The position numbers were made by a program, and so were the translations under genes. This document shows positions 1-11,345 of a stretch of 64,000 nt of DNA, one piece after another. Every line of letters begins with the position of its first letter. Position 1 is the stretch's first letter. Under the pieces are notes generated by a model. That model did no database searches, was not told the DNA's origin, and worked only from the letters and a program-made list of their open reading frames with translations. The stretch is from Octopus sinensis (Eukaryota), in assembly GCF_006345805.1 (NCBI RefSeq), contig NC_042998.1, positions 178,250,001-178,314,000 of the forward strand, read 5' to 3'.

Positions 1-747
1 CTTTCCAGATTTGAAGTAGATTTCTTTCGAAAAGAGATAAAAAGGTATCGCCCCCCCCCCCCCCTCCCACAGGCCTGATACTTTATCATCCTTAAAAAAT
101 AAGCTGGTCTCGGTAGTTCTTACGAGAACCTTTCGCCACGTTCAATCCTTAACGTTACAGTAACTAACTAGACCTCACCAGGTTATGTTAATTACCCTTA
201 AAGGGGCAAAAAAAAAAACAACTTAATATTGTAGAAACAGTAGCAAGAACACTCTTAGAATTATAATTCTTAAGGTGAACCATATCAATTAACTCATGGG
301 AGTGAAAACTGGATGTTCAGTTACTATTTATACATGACTTAGTATATTTTAAAATGTGCCACTGAAATTCTTTAACATTGTTACAAGGCAATATAGAGAA
401 CAAATGGTGTTGGTGCGGTTTTGAGGCTGGACTGGTAACCTGTAGTTGTATGTGGCCAATGATACCCGACATGGTTTCTTGGAACGAGACTGGATGTAGA
501 ATAAGCTAAACGTGAATTTCTGTACTGCAGGTGGAGATAATATAGTGAACAATGTTAGCGCTAAATTTTCACTTGGTCGCGTTATATTAAATTGTTGAAA
601 CTCAGTTTAGAAACCTTTAGATATTACTGCATATTTTCAGTTTAAAAGAAAAAGGTCATTTACTTTTAGGAATTCAGTGGTTTAAATTAATTACGGAAGC
701 TATTATAGAGCTAATAGTTGTGATCAGGCTTGTGAGCTAAGAGACAC

Positions 748-1290
748 TTAACATATGACGTTTGAATGAAATATATACCCACACATACGTGAATATATTC
801 CTCGGTATGAGGAGAGAGGGAGATGTTTGTGCCAGTAACGCGTGTTTTTTTTTTCTGCCTTCAACCCTCCAACTCGGAGTATAGGCCACTTATAATTGAA
901 TTCCATGTCGCATAAGTTTTTGCTTCTGTACTTATATTGTGCCATGAATGCCCCCCCCCCCGCTTCTAGTTCCTTTTGTGTTGATCTACACCACGAGTTC
1001 TTAGACCTACCTATCTTTCTATATTCACCCGGATCCCACTGTAAAGCACTTTTCGCTACATTTGGTGTGTCTTTTCTAATTGTGCTACCAATCCACTTCC
1101 ACTTTTTCTTAAATATTTGCTCCCTAATCGAAACTTGATTTGTTCTTTGCCATAGCTCTATATTGCTTATGTGTTCAGGCCATCTAATTTTAAGTATACT
1201 ACGCAAGCAACTGTTGATGAATGATTGTATTTGCTCATTTGACTTAACTGTTGTTCGCCATGCCTCAGCCCCATACAATAACACCGCTTT
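748..1290 (-). mobile_element. RTE-clade LINE, 3' (RT C-terminal) fragment
   Basis: ORF 748-1284 reads LLYGAEAW...INSCLRSILKIRWPEHISNIELW...KKWKWIGSTIRK...ALQWDP...RKIGRSKNSW, the typical RTE/BovB-like C-terminal thumb region. Confidence 0.85.
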
Positions 1291-2039
1291 TACGTTAGTA
1301 TTTATTCACGCGTAATGAATAAATTTAGTCTTGTTCTCTCTACCACCTATCTTTATGTGTATGCGAATATTTTTGCGCACCAAAATATGTCACTAAACAG
1401 GTTGAATGTCCAGTCAGCTGCGCTAAATCTGCGTCCAAGTAGCTGCGCCCAGCCGTCTTTCGTTTCGAAGGTAGAGAAACCTGTGGAAATGTTAAGACGC
1501 ATTTATGAATATACATACCCTAAACTGTTCACTACTCTTGACTTGTTTAGTCTCTAATTGGATTATTACTGACAACTCGTGGAATTCTGATTGCAGGTCA
1601 ATGACTTTACTTTCTTAGCTTGTGTTGACTTGAGTTACATCTTGGCATCTTTGACTACAGAACAGGTCTTAGATGGCTTAACTGGTATTAAAATATAATA
1701 AACAGCAGGGTTCCACATACGCTGCAAAGTGAGTTATAAAAATTTGATCGACATAGTATCCAAGGAATATGTAGAAAAAGCTTCCTATAAAATCTTAATA
1801 TTAAGAAACAGTAAGCAGAGATAGCTCCAACATTTATATCATCCTCACAGCCTTAAGGTTAAAGATAAATGTAGAGTTATTCCTCAGTCGAATATATTGA
1901 ACATATGAAGCAGTTGGTATAAGAGCGGTACCAAGAAAGGTAGTTTTGAGCTTTTAGAAATAAATTTTAATTTATCCAAGTCCTTCATAAAGATCTTCCT
2001 TAAAATCTTAATTCATTGAGACAATAAAAAAAATCATAG

Positions 2040-2580
2040 TGGATCTGTAGGATACTGCTCCCAACTATGGTCACCACACAATGTAAAGCTAACAGCAGAA
2101 CTCTGAGCAATACTAAGAAGATCGTCTCAATGCAACATATCAGCTACTGGGAAAGAGTGAAAGTATTAAAACTCTTCTCCCTGGAGCGGAGGCGGGAGAG
2201 ATATGCAGTGATATACATCTGGAAAATCCTAGAGGATTTGGCATTCAAAGTTTACCCAACCGCAGAACGGGCCCCACTGCATGGTGCCAAAGATTCCAAC
2301 ATCACCATCAAAATACAGGACCAGATACTGCAACAGCCTCCCTAAATGCCTGAGAGACTTGCATGGTGTGGATATGGGTTTCTTTAAACCTAAACTGGAT
2401 CTCTTCTTGTCGGGGGTCCCAGATGAACCTACCTCTGGGCAGGAGACACAGGCGCAGGCGGCGGCATCGAACTCCCTTGTTGACCAAGTGCCACATATCA
2501 GAGGTCGTTTCACATACTAGTGTAGTTCATTCAACGGTGGTGCCCCAGCATGGCCACAGCCTTCGGGCTGAAACATTTTA
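2040..2580 (+). mobile_element. L2/CR1-group LINE 3' fragment with intact tail stem-loop
   Basis: Frameshifted translation QLWSPHN...SYWERVKVLKLFSLERRRERYAVIYIWKILE...YCNSLPKCLRDL...FKPKLDLFLSGVPDEP. The 3' end is GGTGGTGCCCCAGCATGGCCA-CAGCC-TTCG-GGCTG-AAAC. Confidence 0.85.
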
Positions 2581-3394
2581 AAGAATTTTTACCTTCCATA
2601 CTTAGGGAAATGTGCCGCAGATATAGTGAAAACATGGTTCATCTATCTTGACATTTAACAAACTGCTTCATAATGTCAAATTTGATATGGAATGGAGGTA
2701 GATTTTTTTCCTGGTTGAACTAAAGGCTCTTAAACACATTTGAAAAAAACTTTGGATATGTTTGCAGTCGCCATTCTTTGATCTCCCAATATTTTCCTTG
2801 ACTCTTAATAAGATACTATATAAATCAAACATTCGTATTTCACAGGTAAACAAGCATTTTTCTGAAAATGAGGAAAACTGGGCGGTATCTTGAACTCTTG
2901 ACGGGATGGTACAGAATGGATTCCATTTTCGGATTCAGCATCTCAAAACAAAAACAAAAAATTCAAATCCTTTAAAAAGAAAAATCGTTCTGAGAACAAA
3001 ATAATTGTTAGGTTGTGTTATTGAAACAAGTACCAAAGCATTAAAATCTTTTCGATTCTCATTTCTCGGGGGCGTTGTATAGTGTATCGCTAAAGGAAAT
3101 CAATAGACCAACGTTTATCTTCTTTCTCTATAAATTATATACATATATTCTCGTTTTAATGAATGTATATATTTCTACATGTTATGAGGTCATTAACAGA
3201 TGGCCGAAATGCTTCTGTTAAAGGTGCCTTAGACGGGAGATCGAATAGATTCCTTGTTCAATTTTAGGTTTTAACATGCTGAGATTCTCGTGTCTGACAT
3301 TATTACGAATCAAAATTTCTAGAAAATTTGACCGAAAAAGACCCTACCCCCTTCGATCCCTATGAGAGTGATCGAAGGGAAGATTTTCCGGCTA

Positions 3395-4680
3395 CATATA
3401 TTCATATTGGTTTCAAATATTGGCCCAAGAACAGCATTTTCAGAATAGAGGTAAGTCGATTGTATCGACTCTAGGTGAAGACTGGTATTTATTTTATTGA
3501 ACCCCAGAAGGATGAAAGGTAAAGACGACTGCGGTGGAATTTGAACTCAGAAAGTAAAGACATGAAATGCTGGTAAGCATTTTGCCCGGCGTGCTAACGA
3601 TTCAGACTGTTCGCTGCCTTATATATTAACGCATAGTTATAATTAGCTGTGTTTTACATCGAAGTTACTCTAAAAGCTAATCTTAACCTTTCCTGTAATA
3701 TGACTTTCGATTATGGGAATATAAAAAGAGGGTGGGTACAATAACGGTTGCCTGCTTCAGACTAAGAACAAATTTCTTTATAATTGGCTTCAATAAGTGC
3801 TTATGAATACCAGCGAGATAAACTTTAATTACTTCCGTCCAGAGTTCAAATTCAGCCGAGGTCGACAATACCATTCATCCTTTAGAGGTCAAATTAAGCA
3901 CCAGTAAAACACTGGAGTCGATGTAATTGAATAGTCTCCTCCCACAAAATTTCAGGCATTGTATATTTAAGTAGAAATGTTTTGAAGGCGGCGAACTGGC
4001 ACGCCAGACGAAATACTTAACGGTAATTCACCCGTCGCTACGTTCTGTGTTCAAATTCCGCCGAGGTCGACTTTGTCTTTCATCCTTTTGGGGTCGATGA
4101 AATAAGTACCAGTTGAGCACTGGGTCGATGTAATCGATTAGTCCCTCTCCTAAATTTCAAGCCTTGTGCCTATAGTATATAGGGATTGGAAGAGGAAGCT
4201 AGTCGATTATATCGACCCCTGTGCTCAACTGGTACTTATTTCATCGACCTCGAAAGGACGAAAGGCAAAGTCGACCTTAGCGGAATTTGAACTCAGAACA
4301 TAAGAACGAAGAAATGCTGCTAAACATTTTGCCCAGCGTGCCAACGATTCTGCCAGCTTGCCGCTTTAAGAATAATTACTCCCATCTCAAAAAAAAAAGG
4401 AACTGAACATGTTTTTGCAGAAAAAAAAGTGAGAAAAAAAAACGATGGTATGGTTATTTGCTTTTATTGCATACCTATTTCTTTACTACCCACAAGAGGA
4501 CGAACAAGGACAGACAAACGGATTAAGTCAAGTCGATTATATCGACCCCACTGCGTAACTGGTACTTAATTTATCTACCCCGAAAGGTTGAAAGGCAAAG
4601 TCGACCTCGGTGGAATTTGAACTCAGAACGTAACGGAATACGGCTACTCATTTCGCCCGGCGTGTTAACGATTCTACCAA
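3395..4680. mobile_element. Cluster of about five tRNA-derived SINE copies (family with core GTCGACTTTGCCTTTCATCCTTTCGGGGTCGATAAATTAAGTACCAG) in both orientations
   Basis: Core repeated at about 3480-3550 (-), 3840-3920 (+), 4050-4130 (+), 4210-4290 (-) and 4540-4625 (-), with B-box-like GTTCAAATTCC and head GGCGGCGAGCTGGCA. Confidence 0.85.
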
Positions 4681-5099
4681 TCACCCCTTGGTACTGTTTG
4701 CAACAGTCGCTTCCTTCTTTTGCTGCTGCCAGAGCAGCACTTTAAACGTTATTTCTAGCTCTCTATACTTACAAACTAGAATACTATATTAGGTAAGCCG
4801 GCTTTAATGCTGTGTTAGTTAGTTAGTTATCTAAAGGCACGGGCGGAGGGGTTTTCAAGTTCAAAAGAGTGTGTGCGCGCGCGCGTGTACTCTAATTTAT
4901 TTAGTTAATGTCACTATAACTATGGTCCAAATTTAGAAACCTGAAAATATCCTATTACGAGTAGAATATAGAAATTGACTATAGATAGTCGAGAGAAAAA
5001 AAATTAATGCTATTCCAGAATTAAAGTTTGTACTTTAATAAGCGAGAATAATTGAATTGTCAAATTGGCGCGCGACGCTGAAGAAAAGTCAGGTTGCTG

Positions 5100-5700
5100 T
5101 CCCTCCAAAATTGATAGTGTGTTAGAGTTTAAGGACTTCGTTAGATCAAATACTAAGCTTTACAAAAAAAAACACTTGAAGCTTTATATAGCTGTTGAAC
5201 CCAGAAACTGATATGCAAGATTTGCGAACTATGCATTTAGAGTTAAAATAGTTCTGAGAATATCCAGTTCATGAATTAGAGTACATACAATTGTTGCTGA
5301 CCCATTCACAGGGGATATGTTCTTAATTATTGTTGACGGGTAATTAAAAACATGAACTGTAGTGTATCTAATGAATTTGTCAACTGCTTCTATCACAGCT
5401 GAACGAATCTGTTATACATGAACTGCATGTGATATTAAATAAAAACTTCAAATTTCATCAATAAAGAGATTTAGTATTAACTCCATTGGAAATAAGAATC
5501 TTCCTATGATCCACCTTCAGACGGTCATCCTGAGAAAATTATCCAAATATTTAGAAGCAATAAAAATAAAGGTGGACATTCGAAAATGAAATGGACAAGT
5601 TCTCTTCAAAATTACTCTGCAATAAGCAACAAGAGCTTCTGAATTGTTCAAAGAAGTCACTAAAACTAAATATGCAAAGAGTCAATATACTGGATGAAGA
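5100..5700 (+). mobile_element. Highly degenerate Ty3/Gypsy integrase remnant
   Basis: Broken translations RVHTIVADPFTGDMFLIIVDG (cf. RIHVDFAGPF..MFLIVVDA) and SSYDPPSDGHPEKIIQIFRS (cf. SPYHPASNGLAERAVQTFK). Confidence 0.4.
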
Positions 5701-6168
5701 AGGAAAATATTACATCCACTGAGTAATTTAAAATGAGTAGGATGCTACGCAGTATTGCTTTCTCTCTCGTATCTAACACCAGCCATAAGTTCACAACCCA
5801 ACTCACGTCACACATCATCCCGTTTTGGCAACTATATATGTGGAAGCTACTAAGTAATGATTGGGGATCTTGTGTTGGAAAGTAACAGTTTAAAGTGTTA
5901 AGGGCGAAAGTTAATCATAGATAGTCGCCATTAGAATATAGCTCTCCATATGATAGCAGCCTATTTTGGATAGTCTAAATAAAAATTAGTCAATATTTGG
6001 GATATATATATATATATATATATATAACAAGAATGACTTACATATGTAAAATTTAATGATCATAGTATTACTGAAGTTTGAATAAGAAATTTGTTGACAA
6101 GCTTCGATAAATTATTCATAAAATATCTAGTTGAAAATAGACACTAAATCGATGTAAATTTAAAAATT

Positions 6169-6174
6169 TTTATT
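6169..6174 (-). terminator. Candidate polyadenylation signal (AATAAA) of the BTB-kelch gene
   Basis: Plus-strand TTTATT at 6169-6174, about 70 nt downstream of the stop codon on the minus strand. Position only; no transcript evidence. Confidence 0.4.
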
Positions 6175-6243
6175 ATGTATTGATATAAAAAAAAAAGATC
6201 TTTGCTAATCGTCAGAACAGTTGTAAACTGCGACGTTTTTATA

Positions 6244-8580
6244 TCATTCTACAAATCCACACCAGTCTTTCAATTGCCAGTCTTTAAAGTGATATGACAA
6301 CAGATCAACTTCTTTGGCAAGATTATTTTGTGTCATATTTAAGGGCTGATGGATATCGATAGAAAATAGTAACAATTTTCTGATTGCTGGAAGTGGTATA
6401 GGACTGAGAATATTTACTTGTAAATGGAAGACATCATAGACAGCAATCTGAAAGATGTGGGGAGCCCTATGCATGCCTATCAACACGAAATTCTTGGAAA
6501 ATGAAATAGTCGTAGAAAAACACACTTTGCCTAGTTTCTTTATTGGTAAATCACAGAACGGAGGTAGTGGTATGCCGAGTGCCACTCCACTCCAAGCATT
6601 TTTGTCTTTTAAGTCCAGCACCAATCCATTTATGTAGTACGGTTTACGAAAGTAGTAAGAATATTGAAAGTTCTCGTGAAGCTTTGCAATAGAATCTAAA
6701 ATAAAAAGAATACGATCTCCTAGAATTAATATCGGAACCTGATCGAGATACGTTGGCTCACTAAAACGCACTCCAACCTCTTCATGTACCAAAGTTTCCA
6801 TATTAATTTTAAATACATAAAATATTTCATTTGGTTTCATAATAACTTTTGTTTCAGTTTCATTGCGACCACAAGTTACAAAGTCAAGTTTCGTAGAGAA
6901 ACCAAACGAATTCTTAGCCGCAGCACTTTCACTCTTAGGCGTATCAGATCTTTTCGTTCTATTGTACAGTGCTGTCACCGTCGCCATAAGAAAAACATTC
7001 AAGTCTGGTGAGGTTTTGACACTTAGTGATACTGATATGATATCACCAACAGGTTCGTTTGGATACACGGAAGTTATATATATCCAAACACTTTCGGTAG
7101 TGTCCCATTTTTTCAAAATAAAACTTAATTTGTCATGGTTTCGACTAGTTACAGCACACACCGAATATAGTATCCCTGAATACGTGAAAAAAGCAGGTTG
7201 GACATTACCCAAACATGGAATATCGTCAGTGTTGCGATCAGTCAACGGACAAGGTGCAGGTAAAACCATCCAGCTAAACATTTCTAGATTATATAATATT
7301 ATTACATTGCCTTCGCGTTTACATGCAAGGAAATTACCAACGAAACCAATGGGATCATGAATAGATAAAGGAAAATATGTATTGTGCCATGTATGGCTAT
7401 AAGAACAGTATAGTGAAATTGTATGGTGATTAGATTCTTGTACAAGAAAACTCCAGTTTGGAGCGAAATTTTCATAAGAATCTGCTAATTGGCGTAGAAT
7501 AATTTCAGATTTAACTTTAAGGCGATTTCCATCTATAGTTGTATACAGAGGAGTTTGGGGACATTGACACCTACTTGTACTATTTGATTTGATCAAGTGT
7601 ATCTTCGACTCGAGTCTGGCTCGATGTTGAGGATTACAATTTCTAAATATTCTCTGAACACAAGCAGAAACCTGAAGCAAATTTCCCTCACAACATGCAG
7701 CATTGTCTATGTTATCAGACTGAGTAAAACTATAATCGGTATCTACAATTTGTTTTTGGCCATTGTCAGAGGTTATGAATATATGTTGCTGCAATAATGG
7801 GATGATGTCTGCTGTAATAATTTCTAAATTTTCATACGAATTCACAAATAAAATAACGTTCTCATATTCTCGTCGAAGAAGTGGGGTTTCTTGTAAAAAT
7901 GTTTCTAGTAAATGTTTTGCTTCTAAAAGGCGTTCAAATGGGTTGTAAGAAAGCCATAGAATGATAAGTTTTACTACATGTACCGTGATAAGATTAATCG
8001 TTATCTCTTCCTTTTCGAGAACAAACTTTAAAAATTCTGCAGATAATTCTTTTATGCTGCCATTCTGTAAAACCATATTACAGAGCGTTTCACAACAAAA
8101 AATTAAGCATACAGTCGCAAGTTGATGTAAGTTGTGACGCCAAGCCAGTTCCCAGATTTGAAATCCATTAACTGGTCGGAGCCCCGCCATCAGAAATTGA
8201 GCACAATGAACTTTCAAAGGATTTAGATCGATCTGATCAAGAACTTTTAGCAGCTGGTAAACAATCTTATATGACAAAGTTACCTCGCCCTTGTATATAT
8301 ACCTGAGAATCAGGCACAATATGTTCGAATCTTCAATAAGTGGTGTTAAATCCAAAGAGTCAATGGTTTCCTTTTCAAATTGGCTTTTGAAATAATCGCT
8401 TGCAGACGCCAAAATAATGCGGTGAGCCGGGACAACAGTAAAACCAACCTTCAGTTCGACATCACAGAGGAAGCCATCAATGTATAAGGTACTTAGATAC
8501 GCATCAAATGGTCGACCATATTCCGAGTCTTTATAGTATCTTTTAATCGTAGAACCTGTGGCGATTTCGGCACAATGCAT
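6244..8580 (-). CDS. BTB-BACK-divergent kelch-repeat protein (KLHL/KBTBD-like Cul3 adaptor), 778 aa, uninterrupted CDS
   Basis: BTB: LCDVELKVG...PAHRIILASASDYFKSQF...ILRYIYKGEVTL...LKVHCAQFL. BACK: NGFQIWELAWRHNLHQLATVC...KELSAEFLKFVL...VVKLIILWLSYN. C-terminus has about six blade-end motifs (LYCSYSHTW, LYNLEMFSW, KWDTTESVW, VFKINMETL, VLDLKDKNAW, VYDVFHLQV). The 2.3 kb frame is stop-free in AT-rich DNA. Confidence 0.9.
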   Translation of the reverse strand: MHCAEIATGSTIKRYYKDSEYGRPFDAYLSTLYIDGFLCDVELKVGFTVVPAHRIILASASDYFKSQFEKETIDSLDLTPLIEDSNILCLILRYIYKGEVTLSYKIVYQLLKVLDQIDLNPLKVHCAQFLMAGLRPVNGFQIWELAWRHNLHQLATVCLIFCCETLCNMVLQNGSIKELSAEFLKFVLEKEEITINLITVHVVKLIILWLSYNPFERLLEAKHLLETFLQETPLLRREYENVILFVNSYENLEIITADIIPLLQQHIFITSDNGQKQIVDTDYSFTQSDNIDNAACCEGNLLQVSACVQRIFRNCNPQHRARLESKIHLIKSNSTSRCQCPQTPLYTTIDGNRLKVKSEIILRQLADSYENFAPNWSFLVQESNHHTISLYCSYSHTWHNTYFPLSIHDPIGFVGNFLACKREGNVIILYNLEMFSWMVLPAPCPLTDRNTDDIPCLGNVQPAFFTYSGILYSVCAVTSRNHDKLSFILKKWDTTESVWIYITSVYPNEPVGDIISVSLSVKTSPDLNVFLMATVTALYNRTKRSDTPKSESAAAKNSFGFSTKLDFVTCGRNETETKVIMKPNEIFYVFKINMETLVHEEVGVRFSEPTYLDQVPILILGDRILFILDSIAKLHENFQYSYYFRKPYYINGLVLDLKDKNAWSGVALGIPLPPFCDLPIKKLGKVCFSTTISFSKNFVLIGMHRAPHIFQIAVYDVFHLQVNILSPIPLPAIRKLLLFSIDIHQPLNMTQNNLAKEVDLLSYHFKDWQLKDWCGFVE

Positions 8581-8593
8581 ATTTAAAATAAAC

Positions 8594-8612
8594 CTGTCAA
8601 AAAAAAGAACAA
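8594..8612 (-). promoter_or_regulatory. Splice acceptor 13 nt upstream of the BTB-kelch ATG
   Basis: Minus strand reads a T-rich pyrimidine tract (TTGTTCTTTT...) ending in TTGACAG|GTTTATTTTAAAT-ATG; AG at 8595-8594. Confidence 0.7.
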
Positions 8613-10149
8613 TGTCATTAAAAGAAAATCAGAGCTAAAATGAGAAATTGTTGGCGTTTAAATGAATATATTTGTATTATACAGATCAAAGGAACGAGTT
8701 ATTAAACATTTTTTACATTATTCGAACAGGAAGGTATTGATTTGGGGTACGTCAAAAAACTGATCAAAATTGAACACGTTACTCCACAGATTTTGACAAA
8801 CATCCATATAGACATCAAAAATTATAGATTAAATAATGAGCGAAAACTTTACAGACGCAGAAACTAATCGTTCAATGTAGTTCTAAAATACAAAATAGCA
8901 ATTAGAGACCTATAAGAATAATGTTAATTTGTACATTTAAAATTATTTGTGAATGAAATAGAAATGAGACTGAAATTTGTTTATAAACATTTCAAACCCC
9001 GATTCTCATACTACTGTGGAAGGAGGTGACATTTTAAGAAAGCCATTTCCATGATGGTTCAGAGAAATTTGATATCGAGCTAAAAGCACATGCATGAACC
9101 AAAAATTGAGTTTAACAGTAGCTTTAATAACTCTAAAGAGGAAATATTTTCCAATACAACAAAAAGTATACTAAAGATAAATTTCTATATTAACATCGTC
9201 TCATCTTACGAATGTCAGAACTAGAAAAGACCATTTCCTATACAGTAACAGAAACCTAACCTAAAGACTTAAATCGGAATGTTTTATGCACGAGCGAACA
9301 TTTATTTAAAAAACAAAAAAGTGGGACACGCACAGCACATTGTTTACACTAGCTGTTAGGAGGTTCTTTGCAGTTATTGGCGTATAGAATATTTTGTGAT
9401 AACTTAATACGAGCAATTTCTGATCTTTTCTGTTGCTCACAGTTTTCTATATTAAATATTTTGTTCCAGTTTTCAAATTTGGTGTACGGATTAAGTTTTG
9501 TAAGCTATTTTATGAAAATGAAATTCAGTTTTGCCATATATTGATAACTAAAAAGTTAAGTTATTTTGGCCCATCGAAAGCCAGACATATTTTTACATAG
9601 TAAGAAGTTAAGCTGTAGTCTAGTGCCCGAAACACCATCAAGAGTATGTTCTTTTAGCCGATGTAATTTCTTTACGAGTCAAACACTAGCCCCAACGTAC
9701 ATTTATTTGTTTCACAAAAAATTTTGTTAGGGAATTTTTTCCTTTTTAAATCATTTACATGTCGATCCGACCGTCTCACATGACTATTCATTAAAGCTTA
9801 TTACAACATTTGCCGTAATATTTTGCTTTCATATTGTTTAATAAAGATTCATATTTGTTTTTATTCTGTGATAGACTGCTAGCACCTAAAAAAAGCTAGC
9901 TTCCAAATCCTGTTTTCTGATTCGGGTAGAAACCAACTTTAAATATTCGTACCATTTTTCTAAAAAATTTTCTGAAATTAATGAATTACAAAATTGGATT
10001 CAGCGTCAAAAATTACATACACCAAATTTTCGCATAATTTCAAAATCTGTGACAGCAACTGAATAAGTTTACAATTTCAAATATTGGTAATCCAGACTTG
10101 CCATCATTCTTCGGCAATTTCCGTAAAGTATTTACTTTCATGTCCTGTT

Positions 10150-10436
10150 GAACCTTACATTCGCTTTCAAGTGGGCGGAAAACGAAACATGGCACATTTT
10201 TTCTTTGTATGCATGTATTTATGCATGTACGTGTATATGAAAAATAATGGATATGCGTGTGATTAGTCTTTCTCTGTGTGTGAATGAAGATGTGCGGGCG
10301 TGGTGTCGTGGGTTTCATTTTTTTACGTATTTCGTCTCGCACACACGCAAGTTATCTTCCATATTCACGTTCAACAAAACATGAAAATAAAATTAAATTA
10401 AAACTTTACGGAAATTGTCGAACAATGATGGTAAGT
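10150..10436. promoter_or_regulatory. Putative bidirectional promoter / first-exon region
   Basis: Local CpG enrichment, GGGCGG box near 10173, YY1-like AAACATGGC near 10185, plus-strand donor ATGATG|GTAAGT at 10431 and minus-strand donor AAT|GTAAGG at 10158. Confidence 0.4.
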
Positions 10437-10973
10437 CTGAGGCTGAAAACAAAAAATAAATTAAAAAACGATGCCCAAATATTTATTCGAATAAGAAAAT
10501 GACATTAAATTCTGCTAACGAATAAAATTTTAATCCCCAAATCGAATTGGACTAACTATATTTAATACGCATTTATGTTAAGATGGACCAGTGTAGCAAC
10601 AATAATTATGTAGTCGGCAAAACTGTGAAACACGATTCATTTTACAAAACTATTTTCCTCTATATATACGCTGATAGTATTGAAGGTTTAGATATATAGG
10701 CATAAGATGGGCCTTTAAACCAATCATATGAATACGAATATTTGTCAAAATCAATACAAATTCTAGGTCAGCTTTATCCGTGATACTGACGCTTTGGAAA
10801 TAAAAATTTGATAACAAAGCCGTTTTAGCAGAGAGAAAAAAAAATTGTCGTTGAACTAGGTCACCATTAATTTATGAACATATATTAAAAAAAAAATCTG
10901 TCAACATATACAGCCCCAGGATATAATTATTACAAGAATTTTCCGATTATTTTCCTTAACAAAATACAATACT

Positions 10974-11197
10974 AAGGCGGCGAGCTAGCGGAAACTTTGG
11001 CAGGCCGGGCGAAATGTTTAGCAGTATTTAGTCTGTCTTTACGTTCCGAGTTCAAATTCCGCCGAGGTCGACTTTGCCTTTCATCCTATCGGGGTCGATT
11101 AATTAAGTACCAGTTGCGTACTGGGTCGATGTAATCGACTGCCCCCCCCCCTCCTCCCAAAAAATTTGGGGCCTTATGCCTAGAGTAGAAAAGAATA
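10974..11197 (+). mobile_element. tRNA-derived SINE (GTCGAC...TTTCATCC core family)
   Basis: GGCGGCGAGCTAGCGGAAAC head, GAGTTCAAATTCC B box and family core. Confidence 0.85.
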
Positions 11198-11336
11198 AAA
11201 TACAATATTGACAACATTACATACAGAACGACCTACAATTACAAAATGGCAAATTATTATACGTGAAGATTTCTATTTTAGATTGAATCCGACAAAAAAT
11301 AACGTGCAACGGTTTTAAAGAATATAGATTTATACC

Positions 11337-11345
11337 ACTTACCTT
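11337..11345 (-). promoter_or_regulatory. Consensus splice donor (GAAG|GTAAGT), candidate 5'-UTR exon end of the BTB-kelch gene
   Basis: Plus-strand ACTTAC-CTTC at 11337-11346. CpG-rich DNA with two CACGTG E-boxes lies further upstream on the minus strand (about 11585 and 11742). Confidence 0.4.

Noticed and set aside
349-552. 67-aa minus-strand ORF
   Set aside because: No recognisable motif and no convincing splice context; length expected by chance.
6455-7948. Several plus-strand ORFs (up to 165 aa) opposite the BTB-kelch CDS
   Set aside because: Antisense shadows of a long coding sequence with no independent domain signal.
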